Notes under the pieces: model-generated
The model's database searches: none
What the model was told of the DNA's origin: nothing
The model's input: the letters and a program-made list of their open reading frames with translations, nothing else
Shown here: in pieces, positions 41,540 through 51,462 of the stretch
How positions within the stretch are numbered: position 1 is the stretch's first letter
Layout: every line of letters begins with the position of its first letter
Position numbers and translations under genes: made by a program
IMG/VR virus record: IMGVR_UViG_3300042858_000011
Location: 24,010-88,009 of that record
From: a virus
Taxonomy: Duplodnaviria > Caudoviricetes
Direction: 5' to 3' (one strand)
Length of the DNA stretch: 64,000 bases

Positions 41540-42364
41540 TTAACCTATATTGCCAAGCAGAAATTTCTCAAATTCTGTTATACTATCTTGTTTACGTACA
41601 AGTAAATTAGGTATTGCTAACTTGATATTCTCAAAATACAACTGTCGTATTGGATATAAATATTTTATGGTTTGCTTAAATCTTAGCATTTTAGCATACT
41701 TACAATTACTATTCCTATACAACTTAAATACATCATCATTACAAGTTAAAGTTTGAGCAAGCCAAGTCTCGATATAAACACTAGTTATATCCAAACCTAG
41801 TAGTTCTGCTAACTGTTGTATTCTGTCAAATGCTTTTTGACCATTCAAGCCATTTATCATGTTAAGCCAATCTGCCATTTGCTCTAGTATTGACATTGCA
41901 ATATCAGCAGTTAACGTTAGATTTTCTATCCTAGCAAATGGCGTTTGTTCTTCAGGATAATACAACAAAGCCAAGTACACATTTTTATCTTTGATCCTGA
42001 GGGTTAAATTATCTGATTCAGTATCTTGAGATTCTGCTTCAGATAACAACCTAGACAAAGGTCTATTTGTTTTTTGTAAATTAGCTTCGTTCAAATATAC
42101 ACATACATAATGTATACCAGTAGTGTAATAAACATTACTATATTTTGCATCATGTAAGTCTATAGTCTCTTCGTTATCTAGCAAATCATATATTTCCAGA
42201 GCAATATCTCTATCCTGTGTAAAATATAACAATGGTATACAATAAAGTTCGTTTTCCTGTTTTAATATATGTGTTGTTTTAAGAATGATATACAAATTAG
42301 ATAAATTTGTTAGCAATGTTACATTATCACTGTCTACAGTAATAGGAATTTTATCTTTACTCAT
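41540..42364 (-). CDS. probable RNA polymerase beta'-like C-terminal fragment
   Basis: ITSVYIETWLAQ, LYFENIKLAI, FEKFLLG resemble the beta' C-terminal region. Confidence 0.55.
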   Translation of the reverse strand: MSKDKIPITVDSDNVTLLTNLSNLYIILKTTHILKQENELYCIPLLYFTQDRDIALEIYDLLDNEETIDLHDAKYSNVYYTTGIHYVCVYLNEANLQKTNRPLSRLLSEAESQDTESDNLTLRIKDKNVYLALLYYPEEQTPFARIENLTLTADIAMSILEQMADWLNMINGLNGQKAFDRIQQLAELLGLDITSVYIETWLAQTLTCNDDVFKLYRNSNCKYAKMLRFKQTIKYLYPIRQLYFENIKLAIPNLLVRKQDSITEFEKFLLGNIG

Positions 42365-42365
42365 T

Positions 42366-44414
42366 CTAGTTGGGTGCTATTCGACGTGTGGGAATTCCAG
42401 CAACTCTACTCAAATCTACTAATTCCCACTTACCATTATAATATTCAAGAACTGCTATATGAAAGTGATGTCCTGTAGACAGTCTGGATATGTATTCTGT
42501 TCTATTTATTTCATAATGTTTCATATCAACTACAACTATTTTACCATCACTAGTTTTTGCTCTTAATATGTAGTTTGCATCTCTAGAACCAAAAGAACAA
42601 ATACCAAAATAGCGACTTATTCTATTTATAATATTTGTTCCCATATCTATTTTTGGACTTCCAGTTGGTATATCAGTACCTGCATGATGTCCTAGACCAG
42701 GTCTTACATCTAACGGAACTGATGATGCAAATCTGAATTTGTTGTTATATAGTATGTTAGGTATTTGAGATATTAAACTGGTTGCACTATATTGTGTTGT
42801 TACAATATTTCCGTTACAGTCTAATGAAACTTCATCCAAACATAATCTACCAGAACGACTAATTTGTTGTTGTAATTGCTTACGTACATTATCATCTTCT
42901 GTAAATACCCACCTGTTATTTCTCAGAATGTAGGTTGTTATACGACCTCTTTCATACTTTACCTTAACTGGAACCTGTTCTCCATTAATAATTACATAAT
43001 TATTACATCCGATTGTTTTTATTGGTATTCTTGTTTTTGCATTTGGTTTGGTATAAGTATCTTTTTTTGGTGGAGCAATCGGTCCAGTAGCTCCAGTTCC
43101 TGTTTCAATGCTCAATCTATCCTTTGTTAGAGTCTTCAAAATTGGATGACCCATTGCTAACATAATCTCTCTAGACTGAAATTCATTATCTAGTTTAGAT
43201 ATATCTTGCTCTAAAACATACTTAATGGGATCAAAGAAATATGCTCCAGTAAATAGCGGTAAAGTCGGTTGAGCAAGATACTTGAGATCTTTAGTTGCAA
43301 CAACTATGTTTGCTATATCAGAGACAGTTAAGTTGATAGTTACTTTTTTAGGCCATCCGTTAGCAAAAGTTTCTTTGCTTGTTTGTAAATTAAAATCTGT
43401 TATAATTCCTAATGGTATGAATATTTTACCAGGAACTAAGAGTGTAACATAGTGAGGTTCACCAGCAAATAATTGAGAATAGTTTTGTAATATGGCTAAT
43501 ATATGTTTAATTAACCTGTTTGTTGCTTCAAATCTATTTAGATAGTCAGGTCCAGCTTGTTGCAAGGTCATACCTGTTAGATATAAAGATGGAACAAATA
43601 TATTCTCGTAAAATTGTCTAGTAGAATTTGCTACCAAAGTTATTGTTATTGAGCATTGACAATTGTAAGAGGTAGATGTATACACTCTTGGTAGTTGTAT
43701 GTTTTTAATTAACTTGGATAACAGTATGGCTAGAGTTGCTGTTTCCATAAGAGTTTCAGGTAGATTAGTTAGTATATTTGATGTTGGTTCATTTGTTGTA
43801 GTTGATTTATTAATTCCAATTAAATCGATTATAGATTTTGCAAGACTACTACCTAGATAAACTGATATACCATATTGTCTGAGCAACTGAACAAACCGTT
43901 CATCTAGATCTAATTCAGAATCGCTATAACGATTAGTTATTGTCTGACTAATGTCTACATTATCAGCTAAAAATCCTACCAAAACAGATCGCCTCAAGCT
44001 ACTAACCAATTTATTAACATTAACTCCTCTTATTACATCCATTGTATCAAATCTTTTAAGTTTTTCTGAATTACCGGATAATGATAATATATACTGAGCA
44101 ATTTTATCGTTATAATATCTGGCTCTGCCTCCAACAGACCTAATAAGCTTGTAAAATTCAAATACGTTGCTAGCAGATAGTTCAACTTTAGTTTTGTTCA
44201 AATCCAACGTTGTTAACAAACCGATTAGTAGAATTGATTGTATAGTTGTTAGTTGTCCTAAATTTATGTTTATAGGATCTAAGGGAAATAAATAACAAAT
44301 GTCACTTGTTATAATTGTATCTTTATAAACTTGACTCATTAATGCATCTGTATTTGAAGTCACATCTTTTCCGAAAACAGTGATAGTTCCAAATCTGCTT
44401 TCTAGGGTATACAT
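42366..44414 (-). CDS. baseplate hub/tube-initiator-like protein with C-terminal M23-like peptidase motifs
   Basis: LPRVY..TSY, PGKIFIPLGIITDF, GWPKKVTINLTV (gp48/gp54-like); HAGTD and STGHHFH. Confidence 0.6.
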   Translation of the reverse strand: MYTLESRFGTITVFGKDVTSNTDALMSQVYKDTIITSDICYLFPLDPININLGQLTTIQSILLIGLLTTLDLNKTKVELSASNVFEFYKLIRSVGGRARYYNDKIAQYILSLSGNSEKLKRFDTMDVIRGVNVNKLVSSLRRSVLVGFLADNVDISQTITNRYSDSELDLDERFVQLLRQYGISVYLGSSLAKSIIDLIGINKSTTTNEPTSNILTNLPETLMETATLAILLSKLIKNIQLPRVYTSTSYNCQCSITITLVANSTRQFYENIFVPSLYLTGMTLQQAGPDYLNRFEATNRLIKHILAILQNYSQLFAGEPHYVTLLVPGKIFIPLGIITDFNLQTSKETFANGWPKKVTINLTVSDIANIVVATKDLKYLAQPTLPLFTGAYFFDPIKYVLEQDISKLDNEFQSREIMLAMGHPILKTLTKDRLSIETGTGATGPIAPPKKDTYTKPNAKTRIPIKTIGCNNYVIINGEQVPVKVKYERGRITTYILRNNRWVFTEDDNVRKQLQQQISRSGRLCLDEVSLDCNGNIVTTQYSATSLISQIPNILYNNKFRFASSVPLDVRPGLGHHAGTDIPTGSPKIDMGTNIINRISRYFGICSFGSRDANYILRAKTSDGKIVVVDMKHYEINRTEYISRLSTGHHFHIAVLEYYNGKWELVDLSRVAGIPTRRIAPN

Positions 44415-44457
44415 AAGCTGACTTGCTTGCTGTTTCAATTAAATGATAACAAAAAAA

Positions 44458-44886
44458 CTATATAACTACCTGAGCAATATAATCTACTCCATTAATTCTT
44501 ACTCTCACTTCATAAAATGGTAGAGCATCAGATTGAGTTACTGCATCCACTTGATCATGGATAACATACTCATTTGTTGTTGGATCTTTAAGCAAATACT
44601 TTAAATTTAATTCTATACTTTCAATTAGTAATAAGAGTTCGCGAGCTTCTGTTTCACTTAGACCATAGTTAATCATGTTACGAACTATATCCTCTCTAAA
44701 ATCATTAAGTGAAGGATAATGAGTTTTACCAAGCAAATTGTATAAATAACTACCTCCAGTTAAATCTATTATAAAAGCATTTTTTGGAAAACTTAATGTT
44801 TTTATGATAAAGTATAATAACTTTAATGCTTCATCATCAATATCTCTTAAAATTGACCCATCATAAATGTTTTGTATTGGAAGCAT
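44458..44886 (-). CDS. possible baseplate wedge protein (gp25-like)
   Basis: LSFPKN...GGSYLYNLL pattern and size; AGC-class motif. Confidence 0.45.
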   Translation of the reverse strand: MLPIQNIYDGSILRDIDDEALKLLYFIIKTLSFPKNAFIIDLTGGSYLYNLLGKTHYPSLNDFREDIVRNMINYGLSETEARELLLLIESIELNLKYLLKDPTTNEYVIHDQVDAVTQSDALPFYEVRVRINGVDYIAQVVI

Positions 44887-44893
44887 CTACATA

Positions 44894-45949
44894 ATGCTAG
44901 ATATTAAGAGAATATATGCCACAGATAATTCAGAGATTACAAACTTATTCAAAAAAGTTCCTCTAAAAAAAGATGAAACTTCTGTTATGAAACTTTACCA
45001 ACTAACTTGTAAAGGTTCTGCTTCCGTTAACTATACAGAAACAGAAAAAAATAAATTAATTAGGATACCCATATTTACTTTATCTGTTAACAAAACAATT
45101 ATTTACATTCCAAAGTATGATTTATATAACGTTGACATTGTAACTCCTGTTAAAGAGTTAGAAGAATATTTTGGAAAGTTTTATGCCAAGTTTTTAGCAA
45201 CTCTATCAGATCAAGGAAAAATAGTTATAGTTAGAGATATCGTTTTACCCAGATTTATAGCCGTTCAATGTCCTACGTATGTAGCTGATAGATTTGTCTT
45301 GAATTCACTGCCCAAAATTGTTAGTGATTTATATATCATATTTAAAAGTAAAGATGAAGTCACTGTAGATGCTTTGTTATCTCCGATTAGTAAGATTAAA
45401 TTGATGCTTGATATGTATAACAATATCAACAACAGGTTTGATATATTAGTAGAGTATTTATCCAGCAATGTTGAAATATTTTTGGAACAGGTCTTGGAGA
45501 TGTTTAAATACTTTCTATTTTCACAGAAAGGACTAAATGTTAGTCAAATCAAAGATGAAGTTCATGCTAAAATAACACTTTACATTTTACATCACTTTAT
45601 ATCTCCATTAATGTTTCCGAATTTGACTGATCAACAAAGAGAACAAATCATAAACAAGTTTTCAAAACGATTGAACTATAAATTTGTTTACAATCCAAAT
45701 TACATACCAACACTGGGAAATCTGTTCTCATCAATATCCGAGTTAGATAAAGAGTTATACTACTATCAAGATGTAACAAGAGTATTTGCTCGTGCCTATA
45801 AAATACATCCGTATTTGCTATGGACTTTAAGTAATATTTATGGTATGTTGCATACTCTTATTGCGAATCAATTCAACATACAAATAATGAAGATACCTTT
45901 GTTATCAAGGTTTATTACCTTACAACTTCCTCTAAAAAGAGGAGAGTAA
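44894..45949 (+). CDS. hypothetical protein
   Basis: AGC-class motif; divergent start pair with 44886. Confidence 0.65.
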   Translation: MLDIKRIYATDNSEITNLFKKVPLKKDETSVMKLYQLTCKGSASVNYTETEKNKLIRIPIFTLSVNKTIIYIPKYDLYNVDIVTPVKELEEYFGKFYAKFLATLSDQGKIVIVRDIVLPRFIAVQCPTYVADRFVLNSLPKIVSDLYIIFKSKDEVTVDALLSPISKIKLMLDMYNNINNRFDILVEYLSSNVEIFLEQVLEMFKYFLFSQKGLNVSQIKDEVHAKITLYILHHFISPLMFPNLTDQQREQIINKFSKRLNYKFVYNPNYIPTLGNLFSSISELDKELYYYQDVTRVFARAYKIHPYLLWTLSNIYGMLHTLIANQFNIQIMKIPLLSRFITLQLPLKRGE

Positions 45950-45951
45950 AA

Positions 45952-46608
45952 ATGATTTACATAACTTATAAATATAACATGAGACAATCTCCTGCAACTA
46001 AATCATTAAAACACTTCGAGCAAAGAATATTTGATCGCATACATCAGATCGAGAAAGGATTACTTGAATTACAAATATCTCCTTTGTTTAAGTTTAATAA
46101 AAATGAGTTTAGATGGCTCTTGTTTTTGGATGTAGAAACCATCACTAAAATTAGAGAACCAAATAAAGGATTAACATTAAAAACTTTCACAGGTAGAGGC
46201 TTACATGTTTTCAATTTTGTTGCTTACAAGATTCGTGATATTATTAAAACTAGACAAATGTTAAAACAAAACGAATGCATAAAAAATAAGATTGATATAG
46301 CAACTACATTAAGAGTAACACCAATGAGATTTTTAGGTTGCTTTTCAACAAAACATAAAATATGGCTACATCCTTATTTAGTTGAACATGGTGATTACGA
46401 ACAAATAAAATATCTTGCTTCCAAACCACCGAGTGTGTATTTGCAAACAAAATTTGCAAAACAAGTTTGTGATTATTTATCCATACCATATAACAAACAC
46501 GATTTAGATACGTATGCTAGAATAATAGTTGAACCTTTCAAAAAAATTATTAAAAGCGAAAGTAACATTTTGGATATTGTAAATCATATGCTAAACTGTG
46601 TACAATAA
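45952..46608 (+). CDS. archaeo-eukaryotic primase (AEP) superfamily catalytic domain protein
   Basis: LFLDVE, FTGRGLHV, ID....RVTPMRFLG motifs; SD gaggag within upstream gene. Confidence 0.65.
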   Translation: MIYITYKYNMRQSPATKSLKHFEQRIFDRIHQIEKGLLELQISPLFKFNKNEFRWLLFLDVETITKIREPNKGLTLKTFTGRGLHVFNFVAYKIRDIIKTRQMLKQNECIKNKIDIATTLRVTPMRFLGCFSTKHKIWLHPYLVEHGDYEQIKYLASKPPSVYLQTKFAKQVCDYLSIPYNKHDLDTYARIIVEPFKKIIKSESNILDIVNHMLNCVQ

Positions 46609-46624
46609 AGCTAAATTTTAAAAC

Positions 46625-47068
46625 ATGAGGAACTTTGCCATACCTAGAAACCTATTGAACATATCCTTTAATGTTGTTTATGCAGATAAATTCATTATTT
46701 GTAGCATGGAACCCAGTACTAGTGATGAAGATAGTCTTCTGATTGCAGGATTAGATCACACAGAAATTGTTGCTAATAATAAACGAGTAAAATTTTCCAA
46801 CTTAGAAAAAGGTTTAAGATTGTATACAGGTAGTTATTACTATGTTGTTAAGGATATCGTACATGTAAAACAAAATAATCTAGTTCCATTTTACATTGCA
46901 AAACCATTTATGGAAATCGGAGAATTTAGAATCTTTGGTCCGTTTAGAGTTAATTTAGAAATAACAGAAAACGAAACTGAGGAATATGAAATAGCTAATC
47001 TAAAAATAAGTTTTGAAAAGAAATTTAATTTGTTAGAGGTATTAGATACTAACTTTGCGGCAAATTAG
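46625..47068 (+). CDS. hypothetical protein (possible degenerate Hint fold)
   Basis: IAGLDH...VKFSNLEKGLRL resembles Hint block B region; class-I motif. Confidence 0.55.
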   Translation: MRNFAIPRNLLNISFNVVYADKFIICSMEPSTSDEDSLLIAGLDHTEIVANNKRVKFSNLEKGLRLYTGSYYYVVKDIVHVKQNNLVPFYIAKPFMEIGEFRIFGPFRVNLEITENETEEYEIANLKISFEKKFNLLEVLDTNFAAN

Positions 47069-47090
47069 CAAATTGTCTAAATTTTTTACA

Positions 47091-47342
47091 ATGAGGAAAG
47101 TCAAAGTTCCAAAAAAAGAAATTTCCAATTTAGATCAATTAATACTCGATTTCATGAATCTACCGTCAATTGACAGAATGAGAAGAATTATGTATTGCAT
47201 GTATAATGTAAATACATATGATGAAGATACAATAAAAATTGATCCTTATTTGTTACCGATGTTTAGAAAATTAAAATCTATGTATCCAACGGTTAGGGAT
47301 GAAGTCTTATTAAGAGCAACGATGCTAAATTTATCAAAATGA
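47091..47342 (+). CDS. small hypothetical protein
   Basis: Class-I motif before MRKVKV. Confidence 0.65.
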   Translation: MRKVKVPKKEISNLDQLILDFMNLPSIDRMRRIMYCMYNVNTYDEDTIKIDPYLLPMFRKLKSMYPTVRDEVLLRATMLNLSK

Positions 47343-47959
47343 AAGAGTTCTTGAGTATAGCAAAACAATTAGTAGATTTAACAAAAAATGATTCATTTGC
47401 AAATCATTTTACTGAATCTGCAGAGAGAATATCAAAATACTGGATGGAGATTATGCAATTTGCTATTAATAGAAAAAATTTTGATTCTGATGTAGAATGT
47501 ATTAAGCATCTGCTAACTATCAAAACTTTTGAGGATAGAATTAATGAATTAGATTTTGAAGATGAAGATATAAGCATAAACAAAAGCAAAAATTTGCTAT
47601 TCGTTGGACCTATTAAAGTATATAGTGTATGCGCTCATCATTATGCTCCCATTATAGGTAATGTCTGGTGTGGATACAAGCCACAAAACAAAATCATTGG
47701 CTTATCAAAATTATCACGTATCGCTAAACTATATGCAAGACAACCCATTGTACAGGAACTATATACTGAAGGACTATTTGATTTGCTAAAGTATTTTACT
47801 GAATCAGACAGAATAGTGGTAATAACTTATATGAGACATTTATGTATGGAATCTAGAGGAATAAATGATACAAATTCGATAACAACATACTACAAACATA
47901 ATTTAGATGATGCAGAATTCCAAGCATTACTATCTACAATTAAGTTTGAGAAACCATAA
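47339..47959 (+). CDS. folE: GTP cyclohydrolase I
   Basis: SVCAHHYAPI, GLSKLSRI, RQPIVQE, HLCMESRG. Confidence 0.95.
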   Translation: MKEFLSIAKQLVDLTKNDSFANHFTESAERISKYWMEIMQFAINRKNFDSDVECIKHLLTIKTFEDRINELDFEDEDISINKSKNLLFVGPIKVYSVCAHHYAPIIGNVWCGYKPQNKIIGLSKLSRIAKLYARQPIVQELYTEGLFDLLKYFTESDRIVVITYMRHLCMESRGINDTNSITTYYKHNLDDAEFQALLSTIKFEKP

Positions 47960-47989
47960 CTATTTTACAAATTGTCTAAATTTTTTGTT

Positions 47990-49048
47990 ATGAAGTTAAG
48001 TAGTTTGCTACAAGTTAATATTGATCGAATGCTGCTATTGGGACCTCCAGGAATTGGTAAAACATCTATTATTAAACAGATTGCAATATCAGAATCTGAA
48101 AAGAAAAATAAAATATTTGTTGATCTGAATGAAAAATTTTCAGCAGATGAGATATTGAAAAATCCAGATAAATACTATGTGTACTATAGGATTATTGCTC
48201 CGTATTTTAATAGTGATATCATAGAATTTCCAAAAATTGTTGATGGATATGTTAAATTATTTCCTGTAGAGGTATTTGAAGTATTACAGAAATGCGAAGG
48301 TATACTATTTGTTGATGAGATAACGAATGTTCAAATACCTCATATAAGAACATTGTTCTATTCATTACTTGATTCGAAGGAATTGGGTAGTCATATAAAA
48401 TTGAGTCATTTGAAAATTGTAGCAGCTGGTAACAAAATTGAACATTCGGAAGATGCGGAAACATTACCAAAACCATTGAGAAACAGATTAATAATTGTTA
48501 ATGTAGAAGTAGATGCTAATGATTGGCTAAAGTGGTATACATCATCTAATTCATTCAATGAACATGTTGCCGCATTTATACATGAACATCCAGGATATTT
48601 GCTATATGATGTTGATCCAAAGTATGACGATGGATATGTTAATTTTGCATCACCAAGAACATGGGAACGAGTTGGAATATTACTAAATGAAATGAAAGAT
48701 AATATTGATACAAAAATTAGGAGAGAATTGTTGGTAGGATTATTAGGACCAATTGTAGCTGATAAGTTTGACTCATTCTTAAAATATAATGTTGACTATC
48801 ATAGATTAAAGAATCACTATGAATATTGGAACTCATTACATAGATCACAGAAATTGATGGCAATATTCACGATTGCAGCTAATATTAACAAAGAATGGAT
48901 TAAATTTCTAATGTGGCTAATTGATCATGAACCGGAGATGGTTAAGATTTGTTTGGATAAGGTTAATACAAAACTAAATGTGGATATAGTCAAAGATCTA
49001 ACAATGCTTAATGTTCAACTATCAAAAAAGATTTCGCTATTGAGATAA
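47990..49048 (+). CDS. MoxR-like AAA+ ATPase
   Basis: GPPGIGKT, ILFVDE, AAGN, PLRNRL, ASPRTWE. Confidence 0.88.
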   Translation: MKLSSLLQVNIDRMLLLGPPGIGKTSIIKQIAISESEKKNKIFVDLNEKFSADEILKNPDKYYVYYRIIAPYFNSDIIEFPKIVDGYVKLFPVEVFEVLQKCEGILFVDEITNVQIPHIRTLFYSLLDSKELGSHIKLSHLKIVAAGNKIEHSEDAETLPKPLRNRLIIVNVEVDANDWLKWYTSSNSFNEHVAAFIHEHPGYLLYDVDPKYDDGYVNFASPRTWERVGILLNEMKDNIDTKIRRELLVGLLGPIVADKFDSFLKYNVDYHRLKNHYEYWNSLHRSQKLMAIFTIAANINKEWIKFLMWLIDHEPEMVKICLDKVNTKLNVDIVKDLTMLNVQLSKKISLLR

Positions 49049-49420
49049 ATTGATCATTTTTTGCTTCCAGAACTCTATTAAATACTTCTTTTTAAATATG
49101 TGATTTCTGCTAGCATACAATTTCAGAGTATTTTTTATAACTCTCATTGTGTATAATTTGAGACTAAAATATTTACCATCGGTTAGATACGAGATTAGCA
49201 ATCTATCTTTATAGATTTCAGAGCTCATCATTAATTCCTTTAAGCCAAGCTTGGTAAAATTTGATGCTAATTTATCGCCTCCATAAACAGGCAATAAATC
49301 CACATCGTCAATATCATAAAAGTTATCATCCTTTGCATATTTGATTTGATAGAATTTTTTTGCTTTCTCATGTTGTCCAAATAATATGTGTGCTGATATC
49401 TCCTTATGTTGATCTTGCAT
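49037..49420 (-). CDS. hypothetical protein
   Basis: Class-I motif. Confidence 0.65.
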   Translation of the reverse strand: MQDQHKEISAHILFGQHEKAKKFYQIKYAKDDNFYDIDDVDLLPVYGGDKLASNFTKLGLKELMMSSEIYKDRLLISYLTDGKYFSLKLYTMRVIKNTLKLYASRNHIFKKKYLIEFWKQKMINLSQ

Positions 49421-49451
49421 AACAAAAAATTTAGTATAATTGTAAAAAAAA

Positions 49452-50486
49452 CTACCATTTTAATTCGTTTCGTTTTGCGTATGTTTGTGGTTTCTTTTGG
49501 AAGAAATCTGTTTTGGTATTGTTTATTGTCCTAAATTGATCAATCCAAGGTAATGGATTCTCTGTTATGTGATATATTGGCTTGAAACCTAATTGAGTTA
49601 TCCTCAAGTTAGCCAAATATTTTATGTACTTCTCAATCAAATCATTGTTTATACCCAATATTTTGTTTTGTGTTACATATTGTCCCCATCTAATTTCATG
49701 ATATGTAGCAAATTTAAAGTATTCAACAATCCATTTCTCAAGTTCTTTAAATACATCCGGTTGCTCCTCCTTTAGGCTAAGTATTATATTGCGAAACAAT
49801 GTAACATGGGTTAACTCATCTCTGTTTATGTATTTTATTTGTTGAACTGTGTTTAACATTTTGCCTTGTCTACCAAGTGTATAGAAGAATGCAAAACCAG
49901 AATAAAAGTATAAGCTCTCAAGTACGTAGTTTGCAATAGTAGACTTAACAAAGTTTTCAATACTTGGATTGAATCTCAAGTTATCATAAATTTCAGCTAT
50001 GACTTTTATACGCTCCTTCAATATTTCATCTTGTCTCCAGTAGTTGTATATCTCATCTGCTTTGATAGGATCTACAACACTTTCAAGTATTAGTTGATAG
50101 GAATATGAATGTAGTGCTTCCTGAAATTCCTGTGCTGTTATAGCCATATGCAATTCTGGAGCGGTTAAATATCTTGTGAATTCTTTCAAATTAACAACTT
50201 GAAAACTATCTAAAGCAATTAGAAAGCTTAACACTAATTCATATGCTCGCTTCTCAGCTTCTGATAGTGATTTCTCATATTGTTTTTTGTCATCATTCAT
50301 AGATATTTCTTCAGGTATCCAAAAGTTTGTAAATCCCATTGTTCTGTATAAATCATATGCCCAATTGTATTTGAGATTATTCAATTCCATAATGTTAGTT
50401 GTATTTCCGCCAATGATGCATCTGGCATCAATATTTCTTTCTCCAAATTCGTTAAATATTTTTGTTGGACTTAAATACTTTTCCAT
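49452..50486 (-). CDS. nrdB: class I ribonucleotide reductase beta subunit
   Basis: NFWIPEEI, LDSFQ, EALHSYSY, LESLYFYSGF, RDELTH; recalled as very like Aquifex NrdB. Confidence 0.95.
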   Translation of the reverse strand: MEKYLSPTKIFNEFGERNIDARCIIGGNTTNIMELNNLKYNWAYDLYRTMGFTNFWIPEEISMNDDKKQYEKSLSEAEKRAYELVLSFLIALDSFQVVNLKEFTRYLTAPELHMAITAQEFQEALHSYSYQLILESVVDPIKADEIYNYWRQDEILKERIKVIAEIYDNLRFNPSIENFVKSTIANYVLESLYFYSGFAFFYTLGRQGKMLNTVQQIKYINRDELTHVTLFRNIILSLKEEQPDVFKELEKWIVEYFKFATYHEIRWGQYVTQNKILGINNDLIEKYIKYLANLRITQLGFKPIYHITENPLPWIDQFRTINNTKTDFFQKKPQTYAKRNELKW

Positions 50487-50518
50487 AGTGATAAATTTAG
50501 CATAGGTGCAAAAAAATG

Positions 50519-50815
50519 TTAAAACTTCATTTTTCTTAATTTCAAAATACACTTCGGATGTACTTCATGCATATAAAATTGAACAATTTTATTCCCTTTT
50601 TCCAATTCATTTGGAATAAATTTCACTGGAACATAAAACAATTTTGGAGTTATTTGTAATTTAATCACATCTGAATTGTAATGTACGAGATAATTGTTAT
50701 CATTTTTAAATACCATAATTTCAATTGATACAGATCCCGGTATTAATTCTTTCATAATGGATGAAATCAAATCGTAATTTAGAATTCCTTCCTTGTCGTA
50801 TATAAACACTTCCAT
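50519..50815 (-). CDS. hypothetical protein
   Basis: Class-I motif. Confidence 0.65.
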   Translation of the reverse strand: MEVFIYDKEGILNYDLISSIMKELIPGSVSIEIMVFKNDNNYLVHYNSDVIKLQITPKLFYVPVKFIPNELEKGNKIVQFYMHEVHPKCILKLRKMKF

Positions 50816-50846
50816 GTTTATAAATTTAGATTGGTTGTAAAAAAAA

Positions 50847-51431
50847 TTAAACTAATCTAAATAAACTGTAGCTATCATATCTTCCAATCAATATTGTATG
50901 TTCATCATCTGTATATATGTCGATTACCTCCGGATCAAAGTCAAGTATTGTGTTTAATGGAACTTCTAATTTTGTTTCTGCATCCAGATATATTTCTGAT
51001 TCAAAATCAATCGTTGAACATACTATTTTATCATTTTCAATGTTTACATTCAATCCTTTCATAACAGAAGTTAGTTCATAGACTTTGCTTAGAATACCTG
51101 TATCAATTCTATAGTTGTATATATTGTTGGTGTATAGGTTTATAATCTTCTTGAGCAAATCATTTTTATCTTCATTTTTCATTACAGTGAATTTAAACTT
51201 TCCAAAATTTGTTTCAATTACTAACTCATTTGAACCATAATTTACAGCAATGTTTTTGATTGCATCTTTCTCAAGAATTTGTAGTGGAGCATAATTAACA
51301 ATTGAACAGTTGGGTAGAAAATCATTTGCTCCGACTAATACAAAATCATTGTTGTAAGCATACATAATATTATCATCAATCGTAATAAAGAATGCTCCAA
51401 TTTTAGTTGCCGTCTTAACTAATTCTTTCAT
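50847..51431 (-). CDS. hypothetical protein (possible sliding-clamp-like)
   Basis: Class-I motif; two alpha/beta halves, acidic; clamp loader present in window. Confidence 0.4.
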   Translation of the reverse strand: MKELVKTATKIGAFFITIDDNIMYAYNNDFVLVGANDFLPNCSIVNYAPLQILEKDAIKNIAVNYGSNELVIETNFGKFKFTVMKNEDKNDLLKKIINLYTNNIYNYRIDTGILSKVYELTSVMKGLNVNIENDKIVCSTIDFESEIYLDAETKLEVPLNTILDFDPEVIDIYTDDEHTILIGRYDSYSLFRLV

Positions 51432-51462
51432 TTTAATAAATTTAGCCTGGTTGCATAAAAAA

